Sequence record: KU521356.1
DNA: 64,000 nucleotides
Strand: one strand, 5' to 3'
Part shown: one piece after another, positions 1 through 17,384 of the stretch
How the letters are laid out: each line of letters opens with the position of its first letter
Position numbering within the stretch: the stretch's first letter is position 1
The notes under the pieces: generated by a model
Told to the model about the DNA's origin: nothing
The model's input: the letters and a program-made list of their open reading frames with translations, nothing else
Database searches by the model: none
Position numbers and translations under genes: made by a program

Positions 1-1
1 A

Positions 2-1240
2 TATATCGGTTCACCAGTATTAACTGATGTTGGGTTCTCTGTACTTAATGATAGTATCTTCATCCCGTTTCGTCGTACTAAGCTAACCTTTAAACAAACT
101 GACCACCATTACATGTGCAATGGTCAGCGTAAAATCATGTATGTGATCTGGTCACAGATTCACAATGAAATGGCTAAGCGTACTAAACGAGATCTGGATA
201 ATCGACCACACATTGAGTCATGTTTAGCTCATTATTTCTTCTGTCAGTTTGGAGTAACTCAAACTTTCAAACAATGGGCTAATGTAGATATTAAGTGTGG
301 ACTACTGTCTGATTTTCCTGAAGAAGAATATCCACGTGAAAAGTGGAATATTTATTCCAGTGCAACGTTAAAAGGCAAACATCCCACCGGTGAAATGGTT
401 CTTGTTATACCTCGTCATCAAGAATCTATTTTTGCTACACGACTTATCGCTGGTTTCTGGTATGTGGTCGATGCATTTCCAATGCGGTTTACTCGACCTG
501 AATATGTAGATAGTACCAACTTATGGCGTGTTATCCTAGGTCACATGGTGTTTGGTGATTTTGAGCACCAAGGTAAAGTAGAGGAAAACATTGATTCACA
601 CCTGCACAGTTTCTGTAATTCACTAGACGAAATGACTATTGAAGAACTTAAAACAGTTGGTGTCAATGTAAGTACTATTTGGGAACTTCTTTACGAGATC
701 ATGACTAGTTTGGCTCATCATCTTTATGCTACTGATATTGATGAAACTAGTATGTATGGTAAAAGGTTAACAGTACTACATTACTTGATGTCAGAGTTTA
801 ACTATGCTGTAAGTATGTTTGGCTATATGTTCCAGTCTAGGCGTGATCGTGAATGGACTGTGCAAGAGCTAAATGAAGGTTTAAAACGTTCCTTTAAACT
901 ACAGACAGCTATTAAACGATTAACAGTGGATCATGGTGAACTCGATACAATGAGTAATCCAAACTCCAGTATGTTGATTAAAGGGACATCTATCCTAGTT
1001 ACACAGGATCGAGCTAAAACAGCTAAGGCGCATAATAAGTCTCTAATCAATGACTCATCTAGGATTATTCACGCATCTATCGCTGAGGTAGGTCAATATA
1101 AAAACCAACCTAAGAATAACCCGGATGGTCGAGGTAGACTTAATATGTATACCAAAGTTGGTCCAACTGGACTAGTTGAACGTCGTGAAGAAGTACGTGA
1201 AATAATTGACAATGCTCAGTTAATGTTCCGTGCAAAATAA
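2..1240 (+). CDS. Non-virion RNA polymerase beta-like subunit (phiKZ gp123 equivalent), 5'-truncated by window edge
   Basis: The frame is open from base 2 (YIGSPVLTDVGF...) through the tracked ATG at 113 to TAA at 1240. Identity comes from its position at the start of the recalled gp123-gp131 order; I see no unmistakable RNAP motif. Confidence 0.7.
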   Translation, partial: YIGSPVLTDVGFSVLNDSIFIPFRRTKLTFKQTDHHYMCNGQRKIMYVIWSQIHNEMAKRTKRDLDNRPHIESCLAHYFFCQFGVTQTFKQWANVDIKCGLLSDFPEEEYPREKWNIYSSATLKGKHPTGEMVLVIPRHQESIFATRLIAGFWYVVDAFPMRFTRPEYVDSTNLWRVILGHMVFGDFEHQGKVEENIDSHLHSFCNSLDEMTIEELKTVGVNVSTIWELLYEIMTSLAHHLYATDIDETSMYGKRLTVLHYLMSEFNYAVSMFGYMFQSRRDREWTVQELNEGLKRSFKLQTAIKRLTVDHGELDTMSNPNSSMLIKGTSILVTQDRAKTAKAHNKSLINDSSRIIHASIAEVGQYKNQPKNNPDGRGRLNMYTKVGPTGLVERREEVREIIDNAQLMFRAK

Positions 1241-1275
1241 ATTAAATCTTTAACTACTTAATAGGTATTATTCAC

Positions 1276-3441
1276 ATGAACTATGCACAGTACAATCTAC
1301 CTGTCGATTTTGAGAGTGTAGATACCAGTACTTTCGATCCTAACCTACCTAATGGGAATTATCTGTTTAGCCTACCGCTACAGTTATCACCACATCAACA
1401 ACATCCTCAACTACAACCATATTTCAATGGTGTAATTGGGTTGTTCCGGCTGAATGCTCAAAATGCTGCTACTACCACCCAGCTTCATGCATTTGCGTAT
1501 AATCTGCTATCTAGTAATGGTTTTCAGAATAACTATTATCAGCAGTGGGCTCAGAAAGTTATTGACTTTCTAGAGTTTCTATTTATTCATCGTCAAATGG
1601 TGAATAACCCACAGCAGGCAATGCAGCAAGCTGCATCTCTAGTATGGTCTGGTTTTGTTGGTAAATGTGCTCAAACCTTCCCGCAGCTACAAAGTCTAGT
1701 TCAACATCTAATGCCGAATATCCAACAGGCACTTGGTGTAATCGGGCAGATTGAATCAGATATCCAAAAGATGCGTATGGGTGGTAACACCATGATGCAG
1801 GGTGGATATCAACAACCTGGTGTACAGCCTGGAAGTTTCCCTGGGATGGGTGCAGCAATGGGTCGTCCTGGCATGAGTTCACAACTACCTCCAATTAACG
1901 CAGGTATCCAACAGACCTATGGTCAACCGGCTACCATGGCTAATCCGCAGCTGAACATTCCAGGGGCATATACACCAACAACTAATCATGACACTGGTCC
2001 ATCAATTGCAAATGCTGCATATGACGTACCTGGTTCTTCTCCTTTCCTGGAAAACAAACCAGTCATGCAACCTAAAGACTCTTGGGGTGCCACTGTTGAA
2101 GTATCTCCAAATAGTAGTTATGATACAATCCCTGGTGGAGGTGATGTAATGATTCTACCTGAACTACAACAAAATGCAAATACTGTAACTAATGATAATA
2201 CGGATCTACCCATCCCTCAAGATGTGAAAGAACTCGTATTCGATCCGAACTATTATGTACCCAATGGATTTGTAATTAATAAAGATCGTCCGATGGATGT
2301 TATCTATAATCCAGGTGGCATTGAAATCCGACCTGCTCATCTAGTTGCAGATAAACCTGATTGGGTACGTACTGCTAGTTCAGCTAATCCATACAGCATC
2401 CTAATGGATCCGGCAGTATATTGTCGCTTCCTTGCTAAATGGCCTGATAACACTGTACATGAAGTATATCGTAAGTGGGAGAATCACATGGAAATGGATT
2501 ATCTAAAGCATGAGCTTCAAGATGATCTCCGTCGTCAAGCACATCGTGGTGGTGGTGCGCGTACTGCAACCAGTTATAAGCTATCTACCATTATGGGTGA
2601 TGCCAAACCGGTTAAAGAAGTAGCCGAAGAGTTTTCACCAAATGATGCTGGGTTAACTGATAATCGTGAACATGATCCAGTTATCCTAGAAGGTTATATT
2701 GCTTGTGCAAATAATCTTGAAGCAGAAGCTGGTGCACTCAATGCAGTTCGTGAAGCACTTGAGCTAAGCGAAGATGATGTAGTTCCAGCACATGAGTATC
2801 GCGCAGCATCATCCCATCCATTTGATGCTTCAACTGAAGTCATGTATGAGATCGAGGATATTCGAAAAGAACCCGATCCGCATCTAATTGCAAAGCGCCT
2901 TAAGCAACTAATGCTAGATGGTAAGCTGGCTCAACGCTACTATCGGTTCCTAGTTGAAAGGCTCACCAGTGCAGTTAATGAGTTCCTGGCTGATTCAATG
3001 AGTCAGAAGGTAACCATTGATGACTTCTGTGAAGATATCGGTGACCTTATCGCATATCTGATCGGTAAGAAGGGTAAGTCAGTAGCTGATAAATTTACCG
3101 CTAGTATTCCGTTTATTGTTGGACGGAGTATGTGTGTTAATATTGATCCAGAAGAAGGTAATTCTATTCTAGATCTATCAGTGCGTTTCCAAACTGGCTG
3201 GCGCCTTGAGGAACTATCCTGCCTAAATATTTATACCGAGAAAGCAGTGCTTATCAGTAAACTTACTGAACCTAAGATTACTCAAGTAATCATGGGAATG
3301 GCAAAGCGTCTAAATAGCTCTAAAGATTCAGATGATGCACGTACCCACAAAATGTACATTATCACTGCTGATGGATCTTATCTACAAGTTATTCGTGGCG
3401 CTCTTGTTGATAATGCTGTTCTACTTAAGCTTATCAAATAA
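1276..3441 (+). CDS. Hypothetical protein with Q/G/P/M-rich low-complexity region (gp124 equivalent)
   Basis: 721-aa ORF, AGGT upstream of the ATG, followed by a hairpin terminator. Function unknown. Confidence 0.85.
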   Translation: MNYAQYNLPVDFESVDTSTFDPNLPNGNYLFSLPLQLSPHQQHPQLQPYFNGVIGLFRLNAQNAATTTQLHAFAYNLLSSNGFQNNYYQQWAQKVIDFLEFLFIHRQMVNNPQQAMQQAASLVWSGFVGKCAQTFPQLQSLVQHLMPNIQQALGVIGQIESDIQKMRMGGNTMMQGGYQQPGVQPGSFPGMGAAMGRPGMSSQLPPINAGIQQTYGQPATMANPQLNIPGAYTPTTNHDTGPSIANAAYDVPGSSPFLENKPVMQPKDSWGATVEVSPNSSYDTIPGGGDVMILPELQQNANTVTNDNTDLPIPQDVKELVFDPNYYVPNGFVINKDRPMDVIYNPGGIEIRPAHLVADKPDWVRTASSANPYSILMDPAVYCRFLAKWPDNTVHEVYRKWENHMEMDYLKHELQDDLRRQAHRGGGARTATSYKLSTIMGDAKPVKEVAEEFSPNDAGLTDNREHDPVILEGYIACANNLEAEAGALNAVREALELSEDDVVPAHEYRAASSHPFDASTEVMYEIEDIRKEPDPHLIAKRLKQLMLDGKLAQRYYRFLVERLTSAVNEFLADSMSQKVTIDDFCEDIGDLIAYLIGKKGKSVADKFTASIPFIVGRSMCVNIDPEEGNSILDLSVRFQTGWRLEELSCLNIYTEKAVLISKLTEPKITQVIMGMAKRLNSSKDSDDARTHKMYIITADGSYLQVIRGALVDNAVLLKLIK

Positions 3442-3447
3442 GCATGA

Positions 3448-3469
3448 AAGCCCCTCTTCGGAGGGGCTT
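3448..3469 (+). terminator. Hairpin terminator after gp124
   Basis: AAGCCCCTC-TTCG-GAGGGGCTT followed by ATTTATG; UUCG tetraloop. Confidence 0.75.
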
Positions 3470-3521
3470 ATTTATGAGTAATGTATAGTTTAATCAAATA
3501 TTGTAAAAAAGGAGTAATACA

Positions 3522-4154
3522 ATGCTAGCTAAAATGAATAAATTCTTTAAAGAATTACTAAACAAAAATACGGTGAATATGGCAGGACTATTCGATGATG
3601 TGGTATTGATGAATAGTTATAGTAACTATAAACCAGATTTTAATGACACTGTAGAAGTAAATACAAAATGTGATCTACCGGCAAATGGTAAAGTTCTAGT
3701 TCTATATGTCGTTCAAGATACAATGGATATGTATATTTGGGATGGCCAACAATATCTTTCTTATAATCCATATTCCACTGAGCAATTAGCACCAATGATT
3801 GATGACCCATCAGCATTTATTCCATCAACCAAAGCTAATACTTCTCTAAAAGTAACTTATGGTATCTGGGCGCTTAAGAAAGATCTAGAAACTATCCAGA
3901 AGTATTCAATTGGAATGCACACTCTTCTTGATAAACATTCACTAGCACGAGTTAATGATAAGAATCCTATTAATAAGGTATTCTTCGAAACATGTCATAA
4001 AGCCCTATATACTGCACTTCGTGAATCATACAAAAACAATATGGTTAAACCACAAATCGCAGATGCAGTTACCAAGGAAGGATGTTGGTTTGGGCGAGAT
4101 CATCGATCTAATAAACTGTCATTTAAATGCGGTGAATTTAAGGTTGAATGGTAA
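3522..4154 (+). CDS. Hypothetical protein (gp125 equivalent)
   Basis: 210-aa ORF with strong RBS AAGGAG. Confidence 0.85.
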   Translation: MLAKMNKFFKELLNKNTVNMAGLFDDVVLMNSYSNYKPDFNDTVEVNTKCDLPANGKVLVLYVVQDTMDMYIWDGQQYLSYNPYSTEQLAPMIDDPSAFIPSTKANTSLKVTYGIWALKKDLETIQKYSIGMHTLLDKHSLARVNDKNPINKVFFETCHKALYTALRESYKNNMVKPQIADAVTKEGCWFGRDHRSNKLSFKCGEFKVEW

Positions 4155-4168
4155 TAATTAAGTAATGG

Positions 4169-4201
4169 CATAAACCCCTCTCCGCATGGAGAGGGGCTAT
4201 G
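4169..4201. terminator. Bidirectional hairpin between convergent genes
   Basis: CATAAA-CCCCTCTCC-GCAT-GGAGAGGGG-CTATG, then a T-rich run. Confidence 0.75.
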
Positions 4202-4218
4202 TCTTTATTTTTTTTTAT

Positions 4219-4662
4219 TTAACTACTTTCAAATTCAAGAGTTACTGGTATTGTTGGTATCCACGACAAGTTATTAAAGTATGGATGTATCGTAACCGTA
4301 TTCCCAGTAATAGGTTGCGGTTGTATCTCATCTATAATAAATGGAATACCGTAAACATCTCTTAATTTTTCAGCTACTTCTAAATTATCAGTATAGTCAG
4401 TTGGTTTACCCGGTACTTTTATACCAAGACAGTACTCTGGTAAAGAGCGTCTATTAAAGTAAATAACTGTCTCACCTTTAAAATAAAGTGAACTGGTCTT
4501 CGCTCTCATTGTTGTTTTGGCATTTGTACCAGTTGCTAAGAATGTATCAGTCCCTATAAATTCAACATCATCAACAGTTAAATCCCTAGGCTTACCATTA
4601 TTATCTTTAGGTTTATTAGCCACATTCCAAGCAGCTACTAATTCAGCTCTTGTATCAGCCAT
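4219..4662 (-). CDS. Putative virion structural protein (gp126 equivalent)
   Basis: 147-aa ORF with RBS GAGG; shares a Y/F-x-R-(R/L)-(D/S)-(F/L) motif with ORFs at 4671, 23086 and 39861. Confidence 0.75.
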   Translation of the reverse strand: MADTRAELVAAWNVANKPKDNNGKPRDLTVDDVEFIGTDTFLATGTNAKTTMRAKTSSLYFKGETVIYFNRRSLPEYCLGIKVPGKPTDYTDNLEVAEKLRDVYGIPFIIDEIQPQPITGNTVTIHPYFNNLSWIPTIPVTLEFESS

Positions 4663-4670
4663 TACACACC

Positions 4671-5546
<876 letters not shown>

Positions 5547-5553
5547 TCGCTCC

Positions 5554-7734
<2,181 letters not shown>

Positions 7735-7754
7735 TTACTCACTTTAAAATTTAG

Positions 7755-10445
<2,691 letters not shown>

Positions 10446-10459
10446 TAATTTCTAAACAA

Positions 10460-10491
10460 CATAATGCCCTCCCATTACGGGAGGGCTTATG
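10460..10491. terminator. CATAA-GCCCTCCC palindrome between convergent genes
   Basis: CATAAT-GCCCTCCC-ATTAC-GGGAGGGC-TTATG; no long U-tract. Confidence 0.7.
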
Positions 10492-10494
10492 ACG

Positions 10495-11778
<1,284 letters not shown>

Positions 11779-11875
11779 CTATTAGTCTCCATGGAATGAT
11801 TGGACAATCCTATGTGAATTTCACATCATTACGCTAACAAATTGCGCAATAGCGTTTTATTAAAGGAGGGCAACC

Positions 11876-14191
11876 ATGGCCCACGGTGAAACTGGGTTAT
11901 ATCCATTCGACCCCAATGGAACAAATCCCCAGAACTTTATTAAAGGTGAGCGCCAAACTCTCCAGGTACCAGATGGTGATGATTATTATTTCATTATACC
12001 ATTTGCTGCACCTTTCTTTGTAGATTCATTACGACTATTTAACCCACTGACCAATCAGACTTATGTAGAAGGTGTTGATTACCTTATTGGGCATTGGTTT
12101 ATTGAAGCTATGGAATCGATAGGTAGACCTATCGCTGGATCTATACGTATCATGAAGCGTTCGATAAACGCTATGATTGGTATGGATTATCGTACAATAG
12201 GTGGGCAATGGGGATTTAGTAATCAGCAGATCCTGGCTGAGCTTGCACGCAAACAGTATAACCCCTTGATTCGGTCATGGGGTGCAATTGGTCCATTACC
12301 TGCTTCTTTCCCACCTTTAGAACACAATCAACCTATTGATTCATTAGTAGGTAGTAAAGAGATTCTTGAAGGTATCGAAGGGATTATAGAAGCTATCCGT
12401 GCTGCGGCTGCCGGTACAACTGACCAACATATTCGTGATTATAATAACCCACACAGGGTAACTAAAGCACAAGTTGACTTGTCACTAGTTCCAAACTACG
12501 CAATGGCAAGTGATCAACAGCATTTAGATGCTAATCGTAATGATCTATTTACGAACCCACGTGGTACATTAGCATTAGTTAATAAGTTTGCCGTAAATCC
12601 GCTTAATGCCCACATAGCGGCTAGGGGTAACGTACACGGTCTAACAGCAGCTGATATTAATTTAGGTAATGTTCCTAACTACCCAGCTGCAACACCAACT
12701 ACTGCGGTAGACGTAACTAATGATTCGGTATTATTAACACCTTATACTGCATCTATTCTCTATAGTCAGATTGGTGATGCTTCTAGAATTAATGAACTAG
12801 AAGAGAAACTTAATCAACATATTAGTAATGAAAATAACCCACACGTTGTAACTGCCGACCAGGTTAATGCATATACTAAAACACAAGTTGATCAACTACT
12901 GGCAGGACTAGGTGGTGGTGATGCTTCTACCTTTGGTGGATTAACACCTGAGCAATGGAAAGATGAATTCCCATCATTCGGTGATATTGAAAGGATGGCA
13001 GCCGGCTATAACGCTAACTGGGATGATGTACAATTAAAGATAGATACATTACCAGTTATTGTGGATGATACTAGTGAATATGACCGAATGGAATTAATTC
13101 AAGGTGTCACGGCAGGTTTCCATGCTTATGCTGGATTTAATAGTTGGTGGGATTGTACAATTGTCAGAGATGACTGTGTAGTTCATCCTAAATCGCCAGC
13201 TAACCCTTATGCTGTTATACCAGAGCGTTTAGGATATGCTCAGGAATCCTGGGTATCTCACCGATATGGTCAGTATTGGGTAGAGAATGGTGTAGCCAAG
13301 TCAGCATGTATCGATGAAACTAAAGTCGATGAGATGATACCAATTCCAGTAGAATGGACTGCACCTATAGATGGAAATATTCCTTCAAGTATCTGGGCGA
13401 ATAAAACATCTCTGTATATGTTAACAGGTAAGTTCATCTTTAGTTCAACAGGTGAATCAGCAATCTTTGAGCACCAAGATCTTTATCGTTGTGTTAAAGG
13501 TGGCACATCTGAACTATTAGTACCTGCTGCTAATAAACCATGGGCTTTATTTACCAATACTGAAGACACCTATCCTGGTGAAATGACAGTTGTTGTAAAC
13601 ATAGGTCCAGCTAGCAGTGCTGACTATGTATATACAGCTTATGGTATCCCAAGCTTCATTAGTGCTTTTAATGATTTTGTTAACAACACAATTAAACCAT
13701 TGAATCATGTTATTGATTCAATGTCAATTGGTTGCACCCACATCATCATGCATTCAATAGATCCATTAGTTGCTCCTGAAGATTATACATCTGAATCTAG
13801 TAAAGTACATGTCATGGAAATCATCCGCAATGGTAATGATACATCCTTTATGGTTATCTCGCCATTATGGTTTGATGGACGTGGTAACGATGTAACTGCT
13901 AATGTAAATAGTAACCCAATTGGTGGTGTATCAGGATTGTACACACATTACACAGTGATGTATGGTGATGGCCAAATCGCTTTCTTCGGAAATAACGATA
14001 ATGGACAATGTGACGTAGATGACCATGCTGGACCATATATTCAATTGGCAGCAGGGCATAATTTCACTGTGACAGTAAATACTTTGAATCAAGTCATGTT
14101 CTGGGGAGATTCACCTGATAACTCCTTATTATGGAATGGCAGGGGTACACGTGTGAAACATATTGAACCAACTCCACCCACTGGTCCATAA
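11876..14191 (+). CDS. Tail fibre/baseplate-periphery protein with C-terminal beta-propeller (gp131 equivalent)
   Basis: 771 aa, matching the recalled gp131 size. N-terminal YPFDPNG domain is shared with gp133-135; three H-x5-N(P/V)H fibre repeats; RCC1-like blades at the C-terminus (FFGNNDNGQ, LAAGHNFTV). Confidence 0.85.
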   Translation: MAHGETGLYPFDPNGTNPQNFIKGERQTLQVPDGDDYYFIIPFAAPFFVDSLRLFNPLTNQTYVEGVDYLIGHWFIEAMESIGRPIAGSIRIMKRSINAMIGMDYRTIGGQWGFSNQQILAELARKQYNPLIRSWGAIGPLPASFPPLEHNQPIDSLVGSKEILEGIEGIIEAIRAAAAGTTDQHIRDYNNPHRVTKAQVDLSLVPNYAMASDQQHLDANRNDLFTNPRGTLALVNKFAVNPLNAHIAARGNVHGLTAADINLGNVPNYPAATPTTAVDVTNDSVLLTPYTASILYSQIGDASRINELEEKLNQHISNENNPHVVTADQVNAYTKTQVDQLLAGLGGGDASTFGGLTPEQWKDEFPSFGDIERMAAGYNANWDDVQLKIDTLPVIVDDTSEYDRMELIQGVTAGFHAYAGFNSWWDCTIVRDDCVVHPKSPANPYAVIPERLGYAQESWVSHRYGQYWVENGVAKSACIDETKVDEMIPIPVEWTAPIDGNIPSSIWANKTSLYMLTGKFIFSSTGESAIFEHQDLYRCVKGGTSELLVPAANKPWALFTNTEDTYPGEMTVVVNIGPASSADYVYTAYGIPSFISAFNDFVNNTIKPLNHVIDSMSIGCTHIIMHSIDPLVAPEDYTSESSKVHVMEIIRNGNDTSFMVISPLWFDGRGNDVTANVNSNPIGGVSGLYTHYTVMYGDGQIAFFGNNDNGQCDVDDHAGPYIQLAAGHNFTVTVNTLNQVMFWGDSPDNSLLWNGRGTRVKHIEPTPPTGP

Positions 14192-14203
14192 GAGGATTTA
14201 AAA

Positions 14204-14536
14204 ATGGCAGAAGTTACACGTCAAGAGATGGATGCTCAAATAAATGCTTCTATTAGTAATCAAGGCTTATTTACTAAGGCAGTCCTTAATAAATTCATAG
14301 CCGTTATTAATAGGATCAATGGGCATATTGCAGCTAGAGGTAACCCACATAATCTGCAACCATCGGATATTGGTCTTGGTAATGTGGCTAACTATCGTCC
14401 AGCTACTAAGAAGCGTGCACAAGAAGGTTTCAATAACACTACGTACATGACTCCTAAACGGACAGATGATTATAATCGAGTGCACATATACGGTCCACTT
14501 GCGAAATTATTTAATGACGCAGCAGACCGTCTATAA
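14204..14536 (+). CDS. Short gp131-family paralogue (gp132 equivalent)
   Basis: 110 aa with RBS GAGGA; one HIAARGNPH...GLGNVANY repeat. Confidence 0.8.
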   Translation: MAEVTRQEMDAQINASISNQGLFTKAVLNKFIAVINRINGHIAARGNPHNLQPSDIGLGNVANYRPATKKRAQEGFNNTTYMTPKRTDDYNRVHIYGPLAKLFNDAADRL

Positions 14537-14549
14537 ACATCTGACCCGG

Positions 14550-14585
14550 CATAAGAGACACAGCCAAAAGCTGTGTCTCTTTTTG
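14550..14585 (+). terminator. Intrinsic terminator after gp132
   Basis: AGAGACACAGC-CAAAA-GCTGTGTCTCT then TTTT; preceded by CATA. Confidence 0.8.
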
Positions 14586-14610
14586 CTGTTTCAGTTAAAA
14601 GGTATTTCTT

Positions 14611-15999
14611 ATGTATAATCCTATTTTACAATTACCATTTGATCCATTAGGTACAAATCCAGATTGTTTCATTGGTAGCGAGCCTCATACTCTAGTTCAG
14701 TATCAGGGATTCGACTATAGAATCATCAAGTTATATCATGGTGGATTCTATACAAAAGGGTTAGAAGTTTATGATGGTAAATATAATCGTTTAGTTAAAG
14801 ATATTGATTATATTGTTACTTATTATCACAAAGATGCTAGTGCGTATGTCGGTCAAGAAATATGTTCAGCAATTGTTTTCTTAAAAACACCTAGTACACC
14901 AATAGTGTATACTTCAGCTCACATGGTAGGCGGTGATCTAGCGTTTAGTTTCACAGTTATCGACGATTATATTAACTGGTGGAAAACAAATGGTAAGCCA
15001 AAGCCAAAAGATCTCGACTACACTGGTAACGAACCATATTGGAAAGACGGTGAGTTAGTTGGCGAACGATGGCATCTTGATACGTATCAGCCTTATAATA
15101 ACGAGATGGAGTGGATAACACAGGCACTCATGGCTGGTGATACAAGCGGTGAAGATGAATACCGTAGTAAAGTTAAAGAGATTTATGATGAGTTCTTAAA
15201 GAAATTTAATGATCGCCTAGAAAAACATATTCAAGATAAAGCTAATCCACACAAGATTACCCCAACTAATGTTGAACTAGGTTTAGTTAATAACTTTCCA
15301 TTGGCTACTCCAGCCATTGCTCAACTAGGTCAATCTAATGCACATTATCTAACACCGCAGTTAGCATATGGCGTATTAGATGAAATAGCTATAAAACCAC
15401 TTAATGCCCACATAGCTCGCCGTGATAATCCACATAAAGTCAAAAATACGCATGTACAGTCGTATTTGAAAAGTGATTTTGATTCACGAATTACTGGTAA
15501 ATATTTAAAGACTGATACAGTAGCTAATACTAATATGGTTTATTATAAACCTAAAGGGCAACCAACTGCTACTTTAATGGGTTATAGCGATCTTATTTGG
15601 TGGATGCGTAAGAACTTTGACACAGACGTGAACTTTACAGCTGGCGATGGCCAGAGTAATGTCATCAATATAAATCGGATTGGTTCCGGGGCAATGGGAC
15701 AATGGAAAGCACCACTCCGTGGGAATGGTATTTTTACACACTTTGATCAATTAGCCACAGAGTATTCATATCCGGTTAAGTTAAAGTTTTATGCACTAGG
15801 ATTACAACCATCCGTGCAAGCAGCATTAGATTTCTGTAGAACTAACTTCACTAATCCAGATGCATGGCCTATTGGATCTACTGTATTCTTCACTATTAAA
15901 GAACAGAAAATCCAGGCAGCTGGTAACGGATTGATTTTCGTTGATTATACTCCTAACTACGTGTGTTTCCGTTCACAAGGTGGCTGGGTAATTCCATAA
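14611..15999 (+). CDS. gp131-family tail fibre protein (gp133 equivalent)
   Basis: 462 aa; LPFDPLG N-terminus, two NPH repeats, C-terminal WPIGS domain shared with gp134/135. Confidence 0.85.
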   Translation: MYNPILQLPFDPLGTNPDCFIGSEPHTLVQYQGFDYRIIKLYHGGFYTKGLEVYDGKYNRLVKDIDYIVTYYHKDASAYVGQEICSAIVFLKTPSTPIVYTSAHMVGGDLAFSFTVIDDYINWWKTNGKPKPKDLDYTGNEPYWKDGELVGERWHLDTYQPYNNEMEWITQALMAGDTSGEDEYRSKVKEIYDEFLKKFNDRLEKHIQDKANPHKITPTNVELGLVNNFPLATPAIAQLGQSNAHYLTPQLAYGVLDEIAIKPLNAHIARRDNPHKVKNTHVQSYLKSDFDSRITGKYLKTDTVANTNMVYYKPKGQPTATLMGYSDLIWWMRKNFDTDVNFTAGDGQSNVININRIGSGAMGQWKAPLRGNGIFTHFDQLATEYSYPVKLKFYALGLQPSVQAALDFCRTNFTNPDAWPIGSTVFFTIKEQKIQAAGNGLIFVDYTPNYVCFRSQGGWVIP

Positions 16000-16010
16000 G
16001 GATAGTTTAG

Positions 16011-17384
16011 ATGAATCCATTACTTTTACCTCTTCCATTTGATGAAACTGGAGAGAGTTATAGTAACCGAACAAAGGGTGAATACCATTCACTAGCAAAA
16101 CAGAAAGGATTCCCCTATCGCATCATCGTGATGGATAAGGGTTACTTTTACACTAAAGGAATGGTTATCAGAGATGGTAGGCAGAATGAGTTAAATCCAG
16201 AAATGGATTATCAGTGTACTGGTATTAATCCAGAAGTAATCGAGAAGACTGGACTTGAAGCGTGTTCAGTAATTGTTATTACAAAACAAGATGTCCACGA
16301 GGATATTTACATTGATGCTCAGATGTGCGGTGGTATATACTGTAACCTTTCCCCTTCCATATCTGAGCATGCTAACGCTCTTTTAAATAATACCCGTAAA
16401 CCACATTGGTCTAATATTTTAGATATTCCTGACCAATTTAAACCTAATGGACATATGCATGCCTATTGGGAACTTTATGGTTTTACGCCTAGAGTTGTTA
16501 AGTTAAAAGAAATAACTGACTTATTAAAGAAAAGCTCATCAGACTCATATGACTCCATTTTAGATGAGTTTAAATATCAGTTAAGTCTAATAGAAGCTGA
16601 TCTTAATACAATTGAAGCACGACTTACTACACACATCAATGATACCACCACTAACCCACACCAGACACGTAAAGGGCAAGTGGCATTAGGTAATGTTTAT
16701 AATGCTGGCATTGCAACTGAAACACAAGCCAAACAGCCAAATGGCGCTATCATGAATGTCTATGCTACGCCATGGTCAATGAAGTTATCAGTTGATACCA
16801 ATTATACAGTTCAATATCTGGCACACGTTAATGATGTCACCACTAACCCACACAGGGTAACGGCTGAACAATTAAATACGTATACTGTTACTCAAGCTAA
16901 TATTTTACTAAATCAAAAATTAGATAAAGGTAAAACAGCCAATACGTCTAAACTTTTATTTGGTCAAGATGTTTATAGCATGGGTGAAACAGTACGTGCT
17001 AAAATGCCTTTAAGTGTATTGACGACTGGTCGACTAGCACCTGGTAGGATTGGTAATTCAGCTACCTGGCCAGGCCGTGATTGGACATTGATGCCTAATG
17101 GTCAATGGACTCATTTCGGTTTTATATTTAATCGCTTCCAAAAAACAGGAACGATGGTCCACTGGAATAACACCAACTTTAAGTCTATTCAAGAAGCAAT
17201 TGCTTTCCATAACACATACTTCTCAGATCCTGAACAATGGTGGCCTGGTTCGTTAGCTATTTGCCATTACGATCAAGAATTCGTTATTGGACATGGCAAT
17301 GGTACAACAGCTACTTCCTATAGGAATACTCTATTCCTACGTAAAGTTGGATCAACGTGGACTAATATAGGGGAACCGGCATAA
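16011..17384 (+). CDS. gp131-family tail fibre protein (gp134 equivalent)
   Basis: 457 aa; LPFDETG N-terminus, two NPH repeats. Confidence 0.85.
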   Translation: MNPLLLPLPFDETGESYSNRTKGEYHSLAKQKGFPYRIIVMDKGYFYTKGMVIRDGRQNELNPEMDYQCTGINPEVIEKTGLEACSVIVITKQDVHEDIYIDAQMCGGIYCNLSPSISEHANALLNNTRKPHWSNILDIPDQFKPNGHMHAYWELYGFTPRVVKLKEITDLLKKSSSDSYDSILDEFKYQLSLIEADLNTIEARLTTHINDTTTNPHQTRKGQVALGNVYNAGIATETQAKQPNGAIMNVYATPWSMKLSVDTNYTVQYLAHVNDVTTNPHRVTAEQLNTYTVTQANILLNQKLDKGKTANTSKLLFGQDVYSMGETVRAKMPLSVLTTGRLAPGRIGNSATWPGRDWTLMPNGQWTHFGFIFNRFQKTGTMVHWNNTNFKSIQEAIAFHNTYFSDPEQWWPGSLAICHYDQEFVIGHGNGTTATSYRNTLFLRKVGSTWTNIGEPA

